The position numbers and the translations under genes were made by a program. Below are positions 1 through 7,022 of a stretch of 51,533 nt of DNA, piece by piece (position 1 is the stretch's first letter; every line of letters begins with the position of its first letter). Source of the stretch: a virus; IMG/VR virus record IMGVR_UViG_3300045988_053936. The stretch is one strand, 5' to 3'. The notes below the pieces were generated by a model that was not told the DNA's origin, did not search any database, and worked only from the letters and a program-made list of their open reading frames with translations.

Positions 1-119
1 CTTTCTTCTTTGCGGTGTAGATTTTGCGCCGACCAGTCAGGCCATCAACCGGCCATTCGGATATAGCCCGAACAGTATCGTTTTCAGTCACCTTGTCACC
101 TCCAGAACAACAAAAAAAG
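1..119. repeat. Terminal direct repeat (circular assembly overlap or terminal redundancy), identical to 51415-51533
   Basis: Base-by-base identity of 1-119 with 51415-51533. It contains the portal RBS and the first 91 nt of the portal CDS. Confidence 0.95.
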
Positions 120-157
120 TGCCAAGAACAGACCCGTAAAGGTCCACTCTCGGCACT
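111..157 (-). terminator. Intrinsic terminator about 20 nt upstream of the portal RBS
   Basis: In minus-strand RNA a 10-bp stem pairs 157-148 with 127-118, with an inner GACC/GGUC stem, followed by U7 (118-112). One pair is G-U on the minus strand but an A-C mismatch on the plus strand. Confidence 0.65.
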
Positions 158-198
158 CGGCACGCTTCGTCCAGGCATTGCCCGGAGGCACTTGGCAC
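152..198 (-). repeat. GTGCCAAGTGCC motif (198-187) plus variant GTGCCGAGTGCC (163-152)
   Basis: Same 12-mer and orientation as the copies at 2741-2783 and 41864-41890. The variant copy is the 5' arm of the 111-157 terminator. Confidence 0.7.
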
Positions 199-212
199 TA
201 AACTATATATTT

Positions 213-380
213 TCAGGCGCTCTTTTCGCCTTTCAATTCGATTTTAATGTTCTTCTTGCAAGCCTTACAGTATGGGTAAACAATACCAACTGCCTTACTA
301 TCCACCTGCATCAAAAGCCGCCCTTTTCCATGATTGATACCGGCGGCAGCGCAAACAGGACAATAAACGTCAATCTTCAT
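213..380 (-). CDS. Small zinc-ribbon protein (Cys-rich KTR-like), 55 aa
   Basis: ATG at 380 lies 11 nt after GAAAGGAG. Translation MKIDVYCPVCAAAG...YPYCKACKKNIKIELKGEKSA has CPVC...CKAC pairs. It is below the ORF-track length cutoff. Confidence 0.5.
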   Translation of the reverse strand: MKIDVYCPVCAAAGINHGKGRLLMQVDSKAVGIVYPYCKACKKNIKIELKGEKSA

Positions 381-928
381 TCAATGGACGACTCCTTTCG
401 GTCTTTGGCACCGCTCCCGTCTCTCGCAACTGCGAGGCGGCGTATGTGCGCTTCCCGCTTAGATTGTCACACCTGCGTCATATGGATATGCCATATGGTA
501 CTTTACCCGATCCGGTACAGGTAGTTTTCAGCGGGATAGCGCCGGGACAGGTCATAGCTGCCACCGCTTTTTTACCCGACACTATGACTGTCGGCTCTGC
601 CGCATGGAGGGCGCGACCCTCCGACCCTGATTGTGGGCTGCATCGTGCTGCGGCATATGTCCCCGCCAATACTAATACCCGCGTAGGGACGTAGGCGTCA
701 ACGCATTGGAGGGGTATATCGTTATCTTCTCCGCATGTCGGCTTCGATTGCGAAACTCTGGAGCAGGCTAACGTGAAGGGAGTCCCCCGGCAGGAAACGT
801 ACAAGAGAGGCTCTCCTTTCCGTTTAATATCTGCTCACTAGATACCCTGCCGGGGGAGTGGGTTATCCTTTGGGCCGTGGTTGGTCACAGCCCGAAAGGG
901 GAGGAAAATTGGATAATTATGTTTACCC
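381..928 (-). ncRNA. Candidate long structured leader or large ncRNA (class unknown)
   Basis: About 550 nt between a promoter-like element (935-964) and the small ORF, with no SD-preceded ORF. Many GC-rich hairpins, for example 784-794/846-856, 606-622, 576-594 and 479-497. Confidence 0.3.
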
Positions 929-934
929 AAATAT

Positions 935-965
935 ATTATACATCAATCGTTGTTAAGATAACAAC
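935..965 (-). promoter_or_regulatory. Sigma-70-like promoter with overlapping operator-like inverted repeat
   Basis: On the minus strand, TTGTTA (964-959), an 18-nt spacer, then TATAAT (940-935). A perfect inverted repeat GTTGTTA-N3-TAACAAC (949-965) covers the -35 element. Confidence 0.45.
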
Positions 966-1034
966 CTATATATCTATATGTGTCTAATGGTGTTAGGGTC
1001 GGGAGAAATTAACCACTCGGGGGCGATTATCGCC

Positions 1035-1053
1035 TGACGCTAACATGACGCTA
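1035..1053. repeat. Direct repeat TGACGCTA x2, 11 bp apart, just downstream of terL
   Basis: TGACGCTA occurs at 1035-1042 and 1046-1053. The adjacent hairpin GGCGA-TTA-TCGCC spans 1022-1034. Confidence 0.5.
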
Positions 1054-1073
1054 GCAATGGATTATTCGAGATT

Positions 1074-2708
1074 TTAAAATGGCCGCTTAAATACTTCAAC
1101 CTTGTTTCCCTCAAGTTGTTGGACATATTCGGCAAATAGGCTCCACGCATCAGGGACATCATCGTTGCGGTTTTTCCCCGCCATTGTGTAACTACAAAGG
1201 AAATTCAACATCCGCCTATATTCCTTGTCCTTTTTTATGACAGAATTATCCTTGAATAGCACACGATCCTTAATAAACGGACTATTTACTATTATCCGAG
1301 TTTCCTTATTTGAGGTAGTGTATTTCGTCGTGATTTTTGCAATTCCGCCAGCCTCTTTGACTTCTTTCTGCACTTTCTCCGCCACTTTCCCACCGGCGCT
1401 GTTACTTTCAAACTGTCCTATCTGAGCCTTGTGCTGAACGAGTTTCGAGACCAACCGAGCCTCTACAACCTCTGGATTGCTGTTGTCACATACCACATCT
1501 TCGCAGTAGAAGTTATTCCCATATTGATAGCAGATCGGCATGACGCAGTAATCAGTGCCCTTGTCTTTTGTATCGCACACAAACAGAATTGCATCTGGTT
1601 TTCTATCAGGAAGCTCAAAGTACCGGCGCAGCTCATCCTCGCTATACAACTGACCCTCGCGCTCGATAGGCTGGTTCATATAGAGAGCACGCCAACTTGC
1701 ATCGTCCATTACTTCGCGTTGCTCATGATAAAATGCCGTAGTAAACCCAGCGTGGTTCCCGTAGTCAAAGTTACTCTCGTCATTTTCATCTAGCGCTGGC
1801 ATGACAATAAACTCTGCCCGGTTACTTTCCCCGTAGGACTGTTCCAATCGTCCTATAACATCGTGGATTGACCATCGAGTCGCAATATGAAGCTCCTTGC
1901 AATCTCCAATTTTCCGCTGCCGCAAATCTGTTGCGTATAGATTCCAGAGTTTATCCATTCGTTCCTTCGACAGTGCACTCTCCAGGCCATCAACCAGGTC
2001 ATCGCAATAAAGCAGATTTTCAGCTCGGACTTTACCTGCGTTTCCTGACCCAACAGACGAGAACTCCAATGTTGCAAATCGCTTTCCCTTCTTCGGGTCT
2101 GTTCCAAGATCAATCATCATATCCTGGGCGTTGGTCTTGACCACCTTGACTACCGGAAACACGTCATTCCAAAGATAATCCCCCTGCGGGTCCATAATAC
2201 GAATACACTCGTCATATACTCCGCGCAAAAATGCGTTCGAATGAGAACCGCCCAAAATCGGCTTTTCTGGGTTTCTCCCTCCAAGCCAAGTCAGAAAGAA
2301 CAGAGCCAATGTGGTCTTTCCCACTCCAGGGGGAAGAGAGATCGCCAGTAGGTCCAGTTCATTATCGGCCAATCGTTGCAACGCTTTTGCAATCCTGTAT
2401 AACTGCTTCCGTCTGGGCAAGTAGAACCTCTTTGAGGGCTCTCGGTTCCACTCAATATACCGGCAATGCGCATCAAAATCATACGGCGCATCAAACAGCA
2501 GACTCCGCTTGTTCAGCTCGAACATACGGATGCTTTTTTGTTCTGTGGCGAATTTCGCAGACAGCCGCCGCACTTCCTTGTTCCGCTCATGCGCCAGCGT
2601 AAAATCTTCTGGCTCCAACAATCTGATCGAATCAAACGCATCAGATAGCGCAGATGGGTCGGACAAATCTCTCTGAAATGCCCTCTTTACCAACTCCCGA
2701 ATTTCCAT
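1074..2708 (-). CDS. terL: Terminase large subunit
   Basis: Large ORF with Walker-A-like LPPGVGKTT and typical TerL length and architecture. The start was moved to ATG 2708 (MEIRELV), 10 nt after GGAGG. Confidence 0.9.
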   Translation of the reverse strand: MEIRELVKRAFQRDLSDPSALSDAFDSIRLLEPEDFTLAHERNKEVRRLSAKFATEQKSIRMFELNKRSLLFDAPYDFDAHCRYIEWNREPSKRFYLPRRKQLYRIAKALQRLADNELDLLAISLPPGVGKTTLALFFLTWLGGRNPEKPILGGSHSNAFLRGVYDECIRIMDPQGDYLWNDVFPVVKVVKTNAQDMMIDLGTDPKKGKRFATLEFSSVGSGNAGKVRAENLLYCDDLVDGLESALSKERMDKLWNLYATDLRQRKIGDCKELHIATRWSIHDVIGRLEQSYGESNRAEFIVMPALDENDESNFDYGNHAGFTTAFYHEQREVMDDASWRALYMNQPIEREGQLYSEDELRRYFELPDRKPDAILFVCDTKDKGTDYCVMPICYQYGNNFYCEDVVCDNSNPEVVEARLVSKLVQHKAQIGQFESNSAGGKVAEKVQKEVKEAGGIAKITTKYTTSNKETRIIVNSPFIKDRVLFKDNSVIKKDKEYRRMLNFLCSYTMAGKNRNDDVPDAWSLFAEYVQQLEGNKVEVFKRPF

Positions 2709-2709
2709 T

Positions 2710-2747
2710 AAAAAAGTGCCTCCTATCCCGTAGGATAAAAGGCACTT
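2710..2747 (-). terminator. Terminator-like hairpin that sequesters the terL RBS
   Basis: In minus-strand RNA a 15-bp stem pairs 2747-2733 with 2728-2714 (two G-U pairs that are C-A mismatches on the plus strand). It has a UACG tetraloop and a U6 tract ending 1 nt before the ATG. The GGAGG sits in the 3' arm. Confidence 0.6.
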
Positions 2748-2783
2748 GGCACTGTTCGCTCCATCTGGAGAGGCACTTGGCAC
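2741..2783 (-). repeat. Two perfect copies of GTGCCAAGTGCC (2783-2772 and 2752-2741)
   Basis: Read directly, 31 bp start-to-start. The proximal copy is the 5' arm of the terL hairpin. Confidence 0.8.
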
Positions 2784-2793
2784 TCACAATATT

Positions 2794-3330
2794 TTATTTC
2801 TTTTCTTCAAAATTTTCTATCGCATTTATAAACATTTCTCCGCATTTGTCGTATACTTTTTGCCCCAAACCATGCAAAGAAACAAATTCTTCTTTCGTTT
2901 TCGGCTTATATGTTGCAAGTGATACCAATGCATCATTGGTAATCATCACTGGTATCCTGTTATGAAATCGAAAGTCATATAAGAACATTAACATTTTTTC
3001 GTCGGTTAAGATATTCCCGCTATCATCCGCGATCAAATTGAAATCGCCATTCCTAATGTAATTGATTTTCTTTTCCTTTTTAACATGGTATTCTGAATTT
3101 GTTTGGTCATATTCTCCCTTTTTATATTGTTTCCTCAAAATAATGTTTCCATGATAATCCAAAATTTCATATTTCGCGCATTCATCAGCACCAGACAGTA
3201 CCATTTCTCTCCTATGCGCTTTCATTTTCGAGATAAGGTAGTCTTTTCTTTTTGAAATATTGATCGGAATCCCGTTAATGTTCAAAGATAATTGGTCAGG
3301 TTTGGGATACGGTATATCATATTTATACAT
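2794..3330 (-). CDS. Hypothetical protein with C-terminal HRDC-like domain
   Basis: 178-aa ORF in AT-rich DNA. The C-terminus ALVSLATYKPKTKEEFVSLHGLGQKVYDKCGEMFINAI resembles HRDC helices. Confidence 0.45.
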   Translation of the reverse strand: MYKYDIPYPKPDQLSLNINGIPINISKRKDYLISKMKAHRREMVLSGADECAKYEILDYHGNIILRKQYKKGEYDQTNSEYHVKKEKKINYIRNGDFNLIADDSGNILTDEKMLMFLYDFRFHNRIPVMITNDALVSLATYKPKTKEEFVSLHGLGQKVYDKCGEMFINAIENFEEKK

Positions 3331-3332
3331 AT

Positions 3333-3566
3333 TTAATCCTCCGCCGGTTCAGGCCACGGCATCCAGTGAGTTACCTTTGACCCGGCAAATCGGCCAGATG
3401 CCCACCCACATGCAAGTCCATCATCTTCCCAAACCTCATAAAAACCGTTGTGCCATCTTGCCTGTGTCTTCCACACATATCTATGCTTATCCATCCAACT
3501 TTCAATCGTGATAAGAATTAGTTCCCCGTCTGTCGGCATCCTATCAGCGCATTTGATCCAGTCCAT
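3333..3566 (-). CDS. DUF551-like protein
   Basis: MDWIKCADRMPTDGE...THWMPWPEPAED matches the DUF551 pattern. A paralog lies at 14550-14912. Confidence 0.6.
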   Translation of the reverse strand: MDWIKCADRMPTDGELILITIESWMDKHRYVWKTQARWHNGFYEVWEDDGLACGWASGRFAGSKVTHWMPWPEPAED

Positions 3567-3849
3567 TTTGTTCGGACACCCTCCCCTGAATTTTATTCAT
3601 TATCTCCATGAAATCTTTTTGTCTTTCGATCAATGCTTCTGCCTGTTGCTTCATTCTTACATATGCTTCAATCGTCTTTATACTTCTCATAACGCAAAAT
3701 CCGCAGACAATAGCGCAGAATAATCCTGAAATGATTGAAAACAGCCTTCCTGATACCATACCCCACATGAAATTACCGGCCCCAAACGCTACTGCAAACA
3801 AACAAAACACAATCAGAGCCTTGCTGTTCCGTATTGCCTTCTTATACAT
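3544..3849 (-). CDS. Small membrane protein (two predicted TM segments plus coiled coil)
   Basis: Hydrophobic stretches ALIVFCLFAVAFGAG and LFSIISGLFCAIVCGFCV. ATG 3849 lies 8 nt after GGAG. Confidence 0.55.
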   Translation of the reverse strand: MYKKAIRNSKALIVFCLFAVAFGAGNFMWGMVSGRLFSIISGLFCAIVCGFCVMRSIKTIEAYVRMKQQAEALIERQKDFMEIMNKIQGRVSEQNGLDQMR

Positions 3850-3882
3850 ATTCAAATCTCCTTTTTTGTTTTGCGCGGAATT

Positions 3883-3978
3883 TTAGTCCGATCTCCTTGC
3901 CAGCACATACCACTGACTCCTGCTAATTCCCATCTGCTTACAGGCGGCTGCTACTGTGATGGAGCCGTCTTTTTGCAT
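3883..3978 (-). CDS. Possible 31-aa resolvase-type HTH mini-ORF
   Basis: MQKDGSITVAAACKQMGISRSQWYVLARRSD resembles the C-terminal HTH of serine recombinases. There is no clear SD, so it could be a gene remnant. Confidence 0.25.
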   Translation of the reverse strand: MQKDGSITVAAACKQMGISRSQWYVLARRSD

Positions 3979-3989
3979 TTTGAAAAATT

Positions 3990-4328
3990 TCAGGCCGGTT
4001 CACTTGAAATCCATTTATCATTCGTCAAAAGGTTCATCAGATAATTTACCCGCTTGCCAAACAATGTTTTCCCCATATTCATGTAAATCATCAGCCCAGA
4101 AAGAATTGCGGCATCACCTGTGTCGTTTTCTGACTGCGGCTTGAATGTGTATCCCTCGTTTTCAAAAACAATAGTGCAATTTTTCTCTTTTGCTATCCAA
4201 AGGAACGCAGGCAAATCTTCTGGGTTTTTCTCAAATCGAAAAACAGAATCTATGTGCATCGTTCCATTCTCTACAACTTTTTCTTCAAGATAAGACAACA
4301 GGCCATGATTGAACACTTTTTCATCCAT
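3990..4328 (-). CDS. Hypothetical protein (112 aa)
   Basis: ATGA start/stop overlap with the recombinase gene. AT-rich. No family recognised. Confidence 0.55.
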   Translation of the reverse strand: MDEKVFNHGLLSYLEEKVVENGTMHIDSVFRFEKNPEDLPAFLWIAKEKNCTIVFENEGYTFKPQSENDTGDAAILSGLMIYMNMGKTLFGKRVNYLMNLLTNDKWISSEPA

Positions 4329-4939
4329 CAGTTATCCTCCTTATAGTATCTGTCCAGTTTCGGGTCATACTGTCCGTGGCTTTCCTCCCACTTTGCAACC
4401 CTTCGATAAAATGTGTTCGGCTTTAACCCAAGATTGCTCATTGCCTTTTTTGCTGTAATGATTTTTGAACGCCATGCCTTGTATTGTTCCTCAAAATCAG
4501 CATCCTCGATTTTAATAGGAACACGCCCCTTATACTCTCCGCGAGCTTTCTTCAATTCAATTCCTTCTTGCTGGCGCTCGCGGATGCACTCTCTCTCAAA
4601 CTGGCTGATGGACGCGAGAATAGTCAGCAACATCCGTCCCGCCGGAGTCTTGGTATCAATCGTCTCCTTCTGGCTGATGAACTCGACACCCTTCGCCGTC
4701 ATAATATCTGTGATTTCCAAAAGGTCTTTTGTACTCCTTGCAAGACGGCTGAAACTCTCAACAATAATCGTATCGCCCTCCCGCATAAAGTCCAACATGG
4801 CTTGCAACTGCGGCCTCTGCATATTCTTTCCGCTACACATATCAATATAAACCTTATCAACGCCAAGCCGATCCATAAGAACCTCCTGGCGTTCCGGGTT
4901 CTGCGTTACGCTCGAACACCTAACATATCCAATCTTCAT
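4328..4939 (-). CDS. Small serine recombinase (resolvase/invertase family)
   Basis: The N-terminus MKIGYVRCSSVTQNPERQ carries the catalytic Ser motif and the C-terminus has an HTH (TFYRRV). It has its own promoter and an AAAGGAGG RBS. Confidence 0.85.
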   Translation of the reverse strand: MKIGYVRCSSVTQNPERQEVLMDRLGVDKVYIDMCSGKNMQRPQLQAMLDFMREGDTIIVESFSRLARSTKDLLEITDIMTAKGVEFISQKETIDTKTPAGRMLLTILASISQFERECIRERQQEGIELKKARGEYKGRVPIKIEDADFEEQYKAWRSKIITAKKAMSNLGLKPNTFYRRVAKWEESHGQYDPKLDRYYKEDN

Positions 4940-4961
4940 TTACTCCGCCTCCTTTGACTAT

Positions 4962-4990
4962 ACTATACCATGTGTTTCTTTATGTGTCAA
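4962..4990 (-). promoter_or_regulatory. Promoter of the recombinase cassette
   Basis: On the minus strand, TTGACA (4990-4985), a 17-nt spacer, then TATAGT (4967-4962). An imperfect palindrome TTGAAA-N4-TTTCAA at about 4998-5013 lies just upstream. Confidence 0.6.
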
Positions 4991-5218
4991 TAGAATTTTG
5001 AAATATTTTTCAAATAAAAGGTCTTTTTGAGCGTGTCGCACAATTCGGTGGTGAGGTAGGGGGGCGGGCGCTTTCTCTACCCCCCAGGGGTGTACCGGCC
5101 CGCAATCCGGCTTGTCATATAGGTATACTCAATGGAAACGCTGGTTTCACATATAATATATGTGTCGCATGGGTTCTTGTTCCATTGAAAATTATTTCAT
5201 TTAATCAATAAAACCCTA

Positions 5219-5247
5219 TTGACATATATAACCAAATATGCTATCAT
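5219..5247 (+). promoter_or_regulatory. Promoter of the plus-strand small-ORF cassette
   Basis: TTGACA (5219-5224), a 17-nt spacer, then TATCAT (5242-5247). Confidence 0.6.
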
Positions 5248-5300
5248 ACAATCACAGCAAGGGAAACCGAGCTGAATTCACCGGGCAGGAGGTAAACGAA

Positions 5301-5432
5301 ATGGAGATTGATAGCATGACCCAAACCGAATTAGCGTCATACCTCGAAACACTGGCAAGGCTGGTAGAGGCCACGGCCAAGGACGCACAGGACGCGGCCC
5401 GCATTATCCGAGAGGCCATCCCCAAGCAGTAA
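5301..5432 (+). CDS. Hypothetical small protein (43 aa)
   Basis: ATG 5301 follows CAGGAGG. The track start at 5238 lies upstream of the predicted transcription start. Confidence 0.5.
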   Translation: MEIDSMTQTELASYLETLARLVEATAKDAQDAARIIREAIPKQ

Positions 5433-5571
5433 AAAAAGATAGCCGCCCTACCCTGAACAAGTAAGCGGCTATCTAACAAAGAACACGGGGCGGCATGGCC
5501 TGCCACATGTCGCCCCTAGTGTAACACAACCGGCAGGGAAAAGCAAGGCCACAGGCCGGGAGGGAAAGAAA

Positions 5572-5724
5572 ATGAAGCATTATCAAGTGATAGCATTAAA
5601 CAGGAGCACGGGCGCAATGGACTACACAAGCAAATTATTATCATGGCGAGAAGTAAACCAAATATATTTTGACTCTGTAAAAAACCACACTAACCACGAG
5701 ATCGTTATTGTGACCAACAAATAA
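5572..5724 (+). CDS. Hypothetical small protein (50 aa)
   Basis: GGGAGGGAAAGAAA precedes the ATG. Translation MKHYQVIALNRSTGAMDYTSKLLSWREVNQIYFDSVKNHTNHEIVIVTNK. Below the track cutoff. Confidence 0.45.
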   Translation: MKHYQVIALNRSTGAMDYTSKLLSWREVNQIYFDSVKNHTNHEIVIVTNK

Positions 5725-5772
5725 AAGCCCCGGCCACCGCTCGCAACAGTGACCAGGAAGAAAGGAGAAAAC

Positions 5773-5973
5773 ATGAGTTATTGCCAATACATGGAGCACT
5801 GGAAAAATCATCGAAAAGATCGTTATACGCAACCATTATTTTACGCAGAAATGGCCGCAAGTCTCCAGGGCGACGGCTTTACAATCCTGTTTGATGATAG
5901 CAGCATCAGCGCAAAGGCAAACGCCGCAAACCGGGCAGCGGTCAACAAGGCCGCAAGGAGGGTCGCGCAATGA
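5773..5973 (+). CDS. Hypothetical small protein (66 aa)
   Basis: AAAGGAG lies 5 nt before ATG 5773. ATGA overlap with the next ORF. Confidence 0.55.
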   Translation: MSYCQYMEHWKNHRKDRYTQPLFYAEMAASLQGDGFTILFDDSSISAKANAANRAAVNKAARRVAQ

Positions 5974-6275
5974 AAATGAATCAGCTTTTCACCGCCTATT
6001 ACGCAGATAGAACGGCAGTTTATGAAAAAAGCCTTGATTATATCTATTCGCATAACCCGGACAATTTAAGAGAAATCCGCCCCACAATTTGGCTTTGGAA
6101 AGGAAATATTTCCCCTGTTTTCTTCGTGGACTATGTGGGCGATGGTGTGGGCTGTACCCTTGCCACATTCGACAATTTAGCAGACGCGCAGAAATACCGG
6201 GAGCAAATCGGGGAAATGACCGAAGAAGAGTTTGAAAACTGGCTCATAAATGAGCGATGGGCGGCGCGGTCTTGA
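5970..6275 (+). CDS. Hypothetical protein (101 aa)
   Basis: Translationally coupled ORF. No family recognised. Confidence 0.6.
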   Translation: MKMNQLFTAYYADRTAVYEKSLDYIYSHNPDNLREIRPTIWLWKGNISPVFFVDYVGDGVGCTLATFDNLADAQKYREQIGEMTEEEFENWLINERWAARS

Positions 6276-6305
6276 CCCGCCCGCCGGAGAATGGAGAATA
6301 TTACA

Positions 6306-6458
6306 ATGGCTAAAACGCTTGATGAAATTCAGATTGACCGGCTTTATGACCTGCTCCGCCGGGCGGAACGTGAGCGGGATACCGAAAGCGCCGCCGCGCT
6401 CCGCTGGGCCATTTTTACGCTGGAAATGGAGGCAAAAAATGAAAAAATCAGTCCTTGA
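6306..6458 (+). CDS. Hypothetical small protein (50 aa)
   Basis: GGAGAA lies 7 nt before the ATG. Translation MAKTLDEIQIDRLYDLLRRAERERDTESAAALRWAIFTLEMEAKNEKISP. Confidence 0.45.
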   Translation: MAKTLDEIQIDRLYDLLRRAERERDTESAAALRWAIFTLEMEAKNEKISP

Positions 6459-6711
6459 CCGTATCGCGGCCCGGCTTATGGCCGTAGGTATACAGACAGA
6501 CAGCAGCGCGATCTATCGCTCCACCGCAGACGATGCGGAGCCGGTCCCGGTGCTTATTGCCCGGCATAACTACAACGGGCCATATCCCACGCGTGAGACC
6601 TGGCAAACCATCGAGACAGTCCGCCGCATCTGCAAGCGGTATAATGTCGCGCTGGATATGCGCGGATACTACCAAGCAACCTATATCCGCGAGGAGGTGA
6701 CCCCCGAATGA
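6439..6711 (+). CDS. Hypothetical protein (90 aa)
   Basis: ATG 6439 (MKKSVLD) lies 6 nt after GGAGG, an internal start within track ORF 6250-6711. Confidence 0.55.
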   Translation: MKKSVLDRIAARLMAVGIQTDSSAIYRSTADDAEPVPVLIARHNYNGPYPTRETWQTIETVRRICKRYNVALDMRGYYQATYIREEVTPE

Positions 6712-6917
6712 GCTATCAAATCATCACATACAGCCCCGATATAGGGACAGACGAACGCGGGGACTACAAAACCCAAAAAGAGGCCCGGCAAGCACTCAAG
6801 CAATACCGGCAAGAGGCCGGGGCGCTGATCTACGATCTCGACCGTTGGTGCATCGTCTACCGGCGCGGCTACTGGCCCGCCGGGGCGCTCCCTGTTGAAA
6901 GGGGGTGCCTTGCTTGA
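6708..6917 (+). CDS. Hypothetical protein (69 aa)
   Basis: ATGA overlap with the upstream ORF. Confidence 0.55.
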   Translation: MSYQIITYSPDIGTDERGDYKTQKEARQALKQYRQEAGALIYDLDRWCIVYRRGYWPAGALPVERGCLA

Positions 6918-7022
6918 TCGTACTTTTTATTCTGCTCCTACCGCTCATGGTGATATGGGAGCTTGCCAAAAAATCTTGACGGCCTCAAGCGGGCGAGATA
7001 CAATCAATAAGAGGTGCTATAC

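Noticed and set aside
187-198. TGGCAC within the plus-strand reading of the motif as a sigma-54 -24 element
   Set aside because: No TTGC(A/T) -12 element lies at the required 5-nt spacing. The plus-strand orientation also points away from every nearby gene.
24-804. Track ORFs 24-524 (+), 446-694 (+) and 478-804 (-) in the terL-portal spacer
   Set aside because: They have no Shine-Dalgarno sequence. Their composition is Arg/Cys/Pro-rich and unlike the real genes. One is antisense to the portal 5' end and the zinc-ribbon ORF. They are better explained as chance ORFs in non-AT-rich non-coding or structured DNA.
5437-5474. 10-bp stem-loop after the first plus-cassette ORF as a terminator
   Set aside because: It has an 18-nt loop and no downstream U tract, and the ORFs continue immediately in the same operon. 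It is probably just an mRNA hairpin.
6914-6979. 21-aa hydrophobic mini-ORF (TTG start, MIVLFILLLPLMVIWELAKKS) after the 69-aa ORF
   Set aside because: It is too short, has a TTG start and has no distinct RBS, so sequence alone cannot support it.
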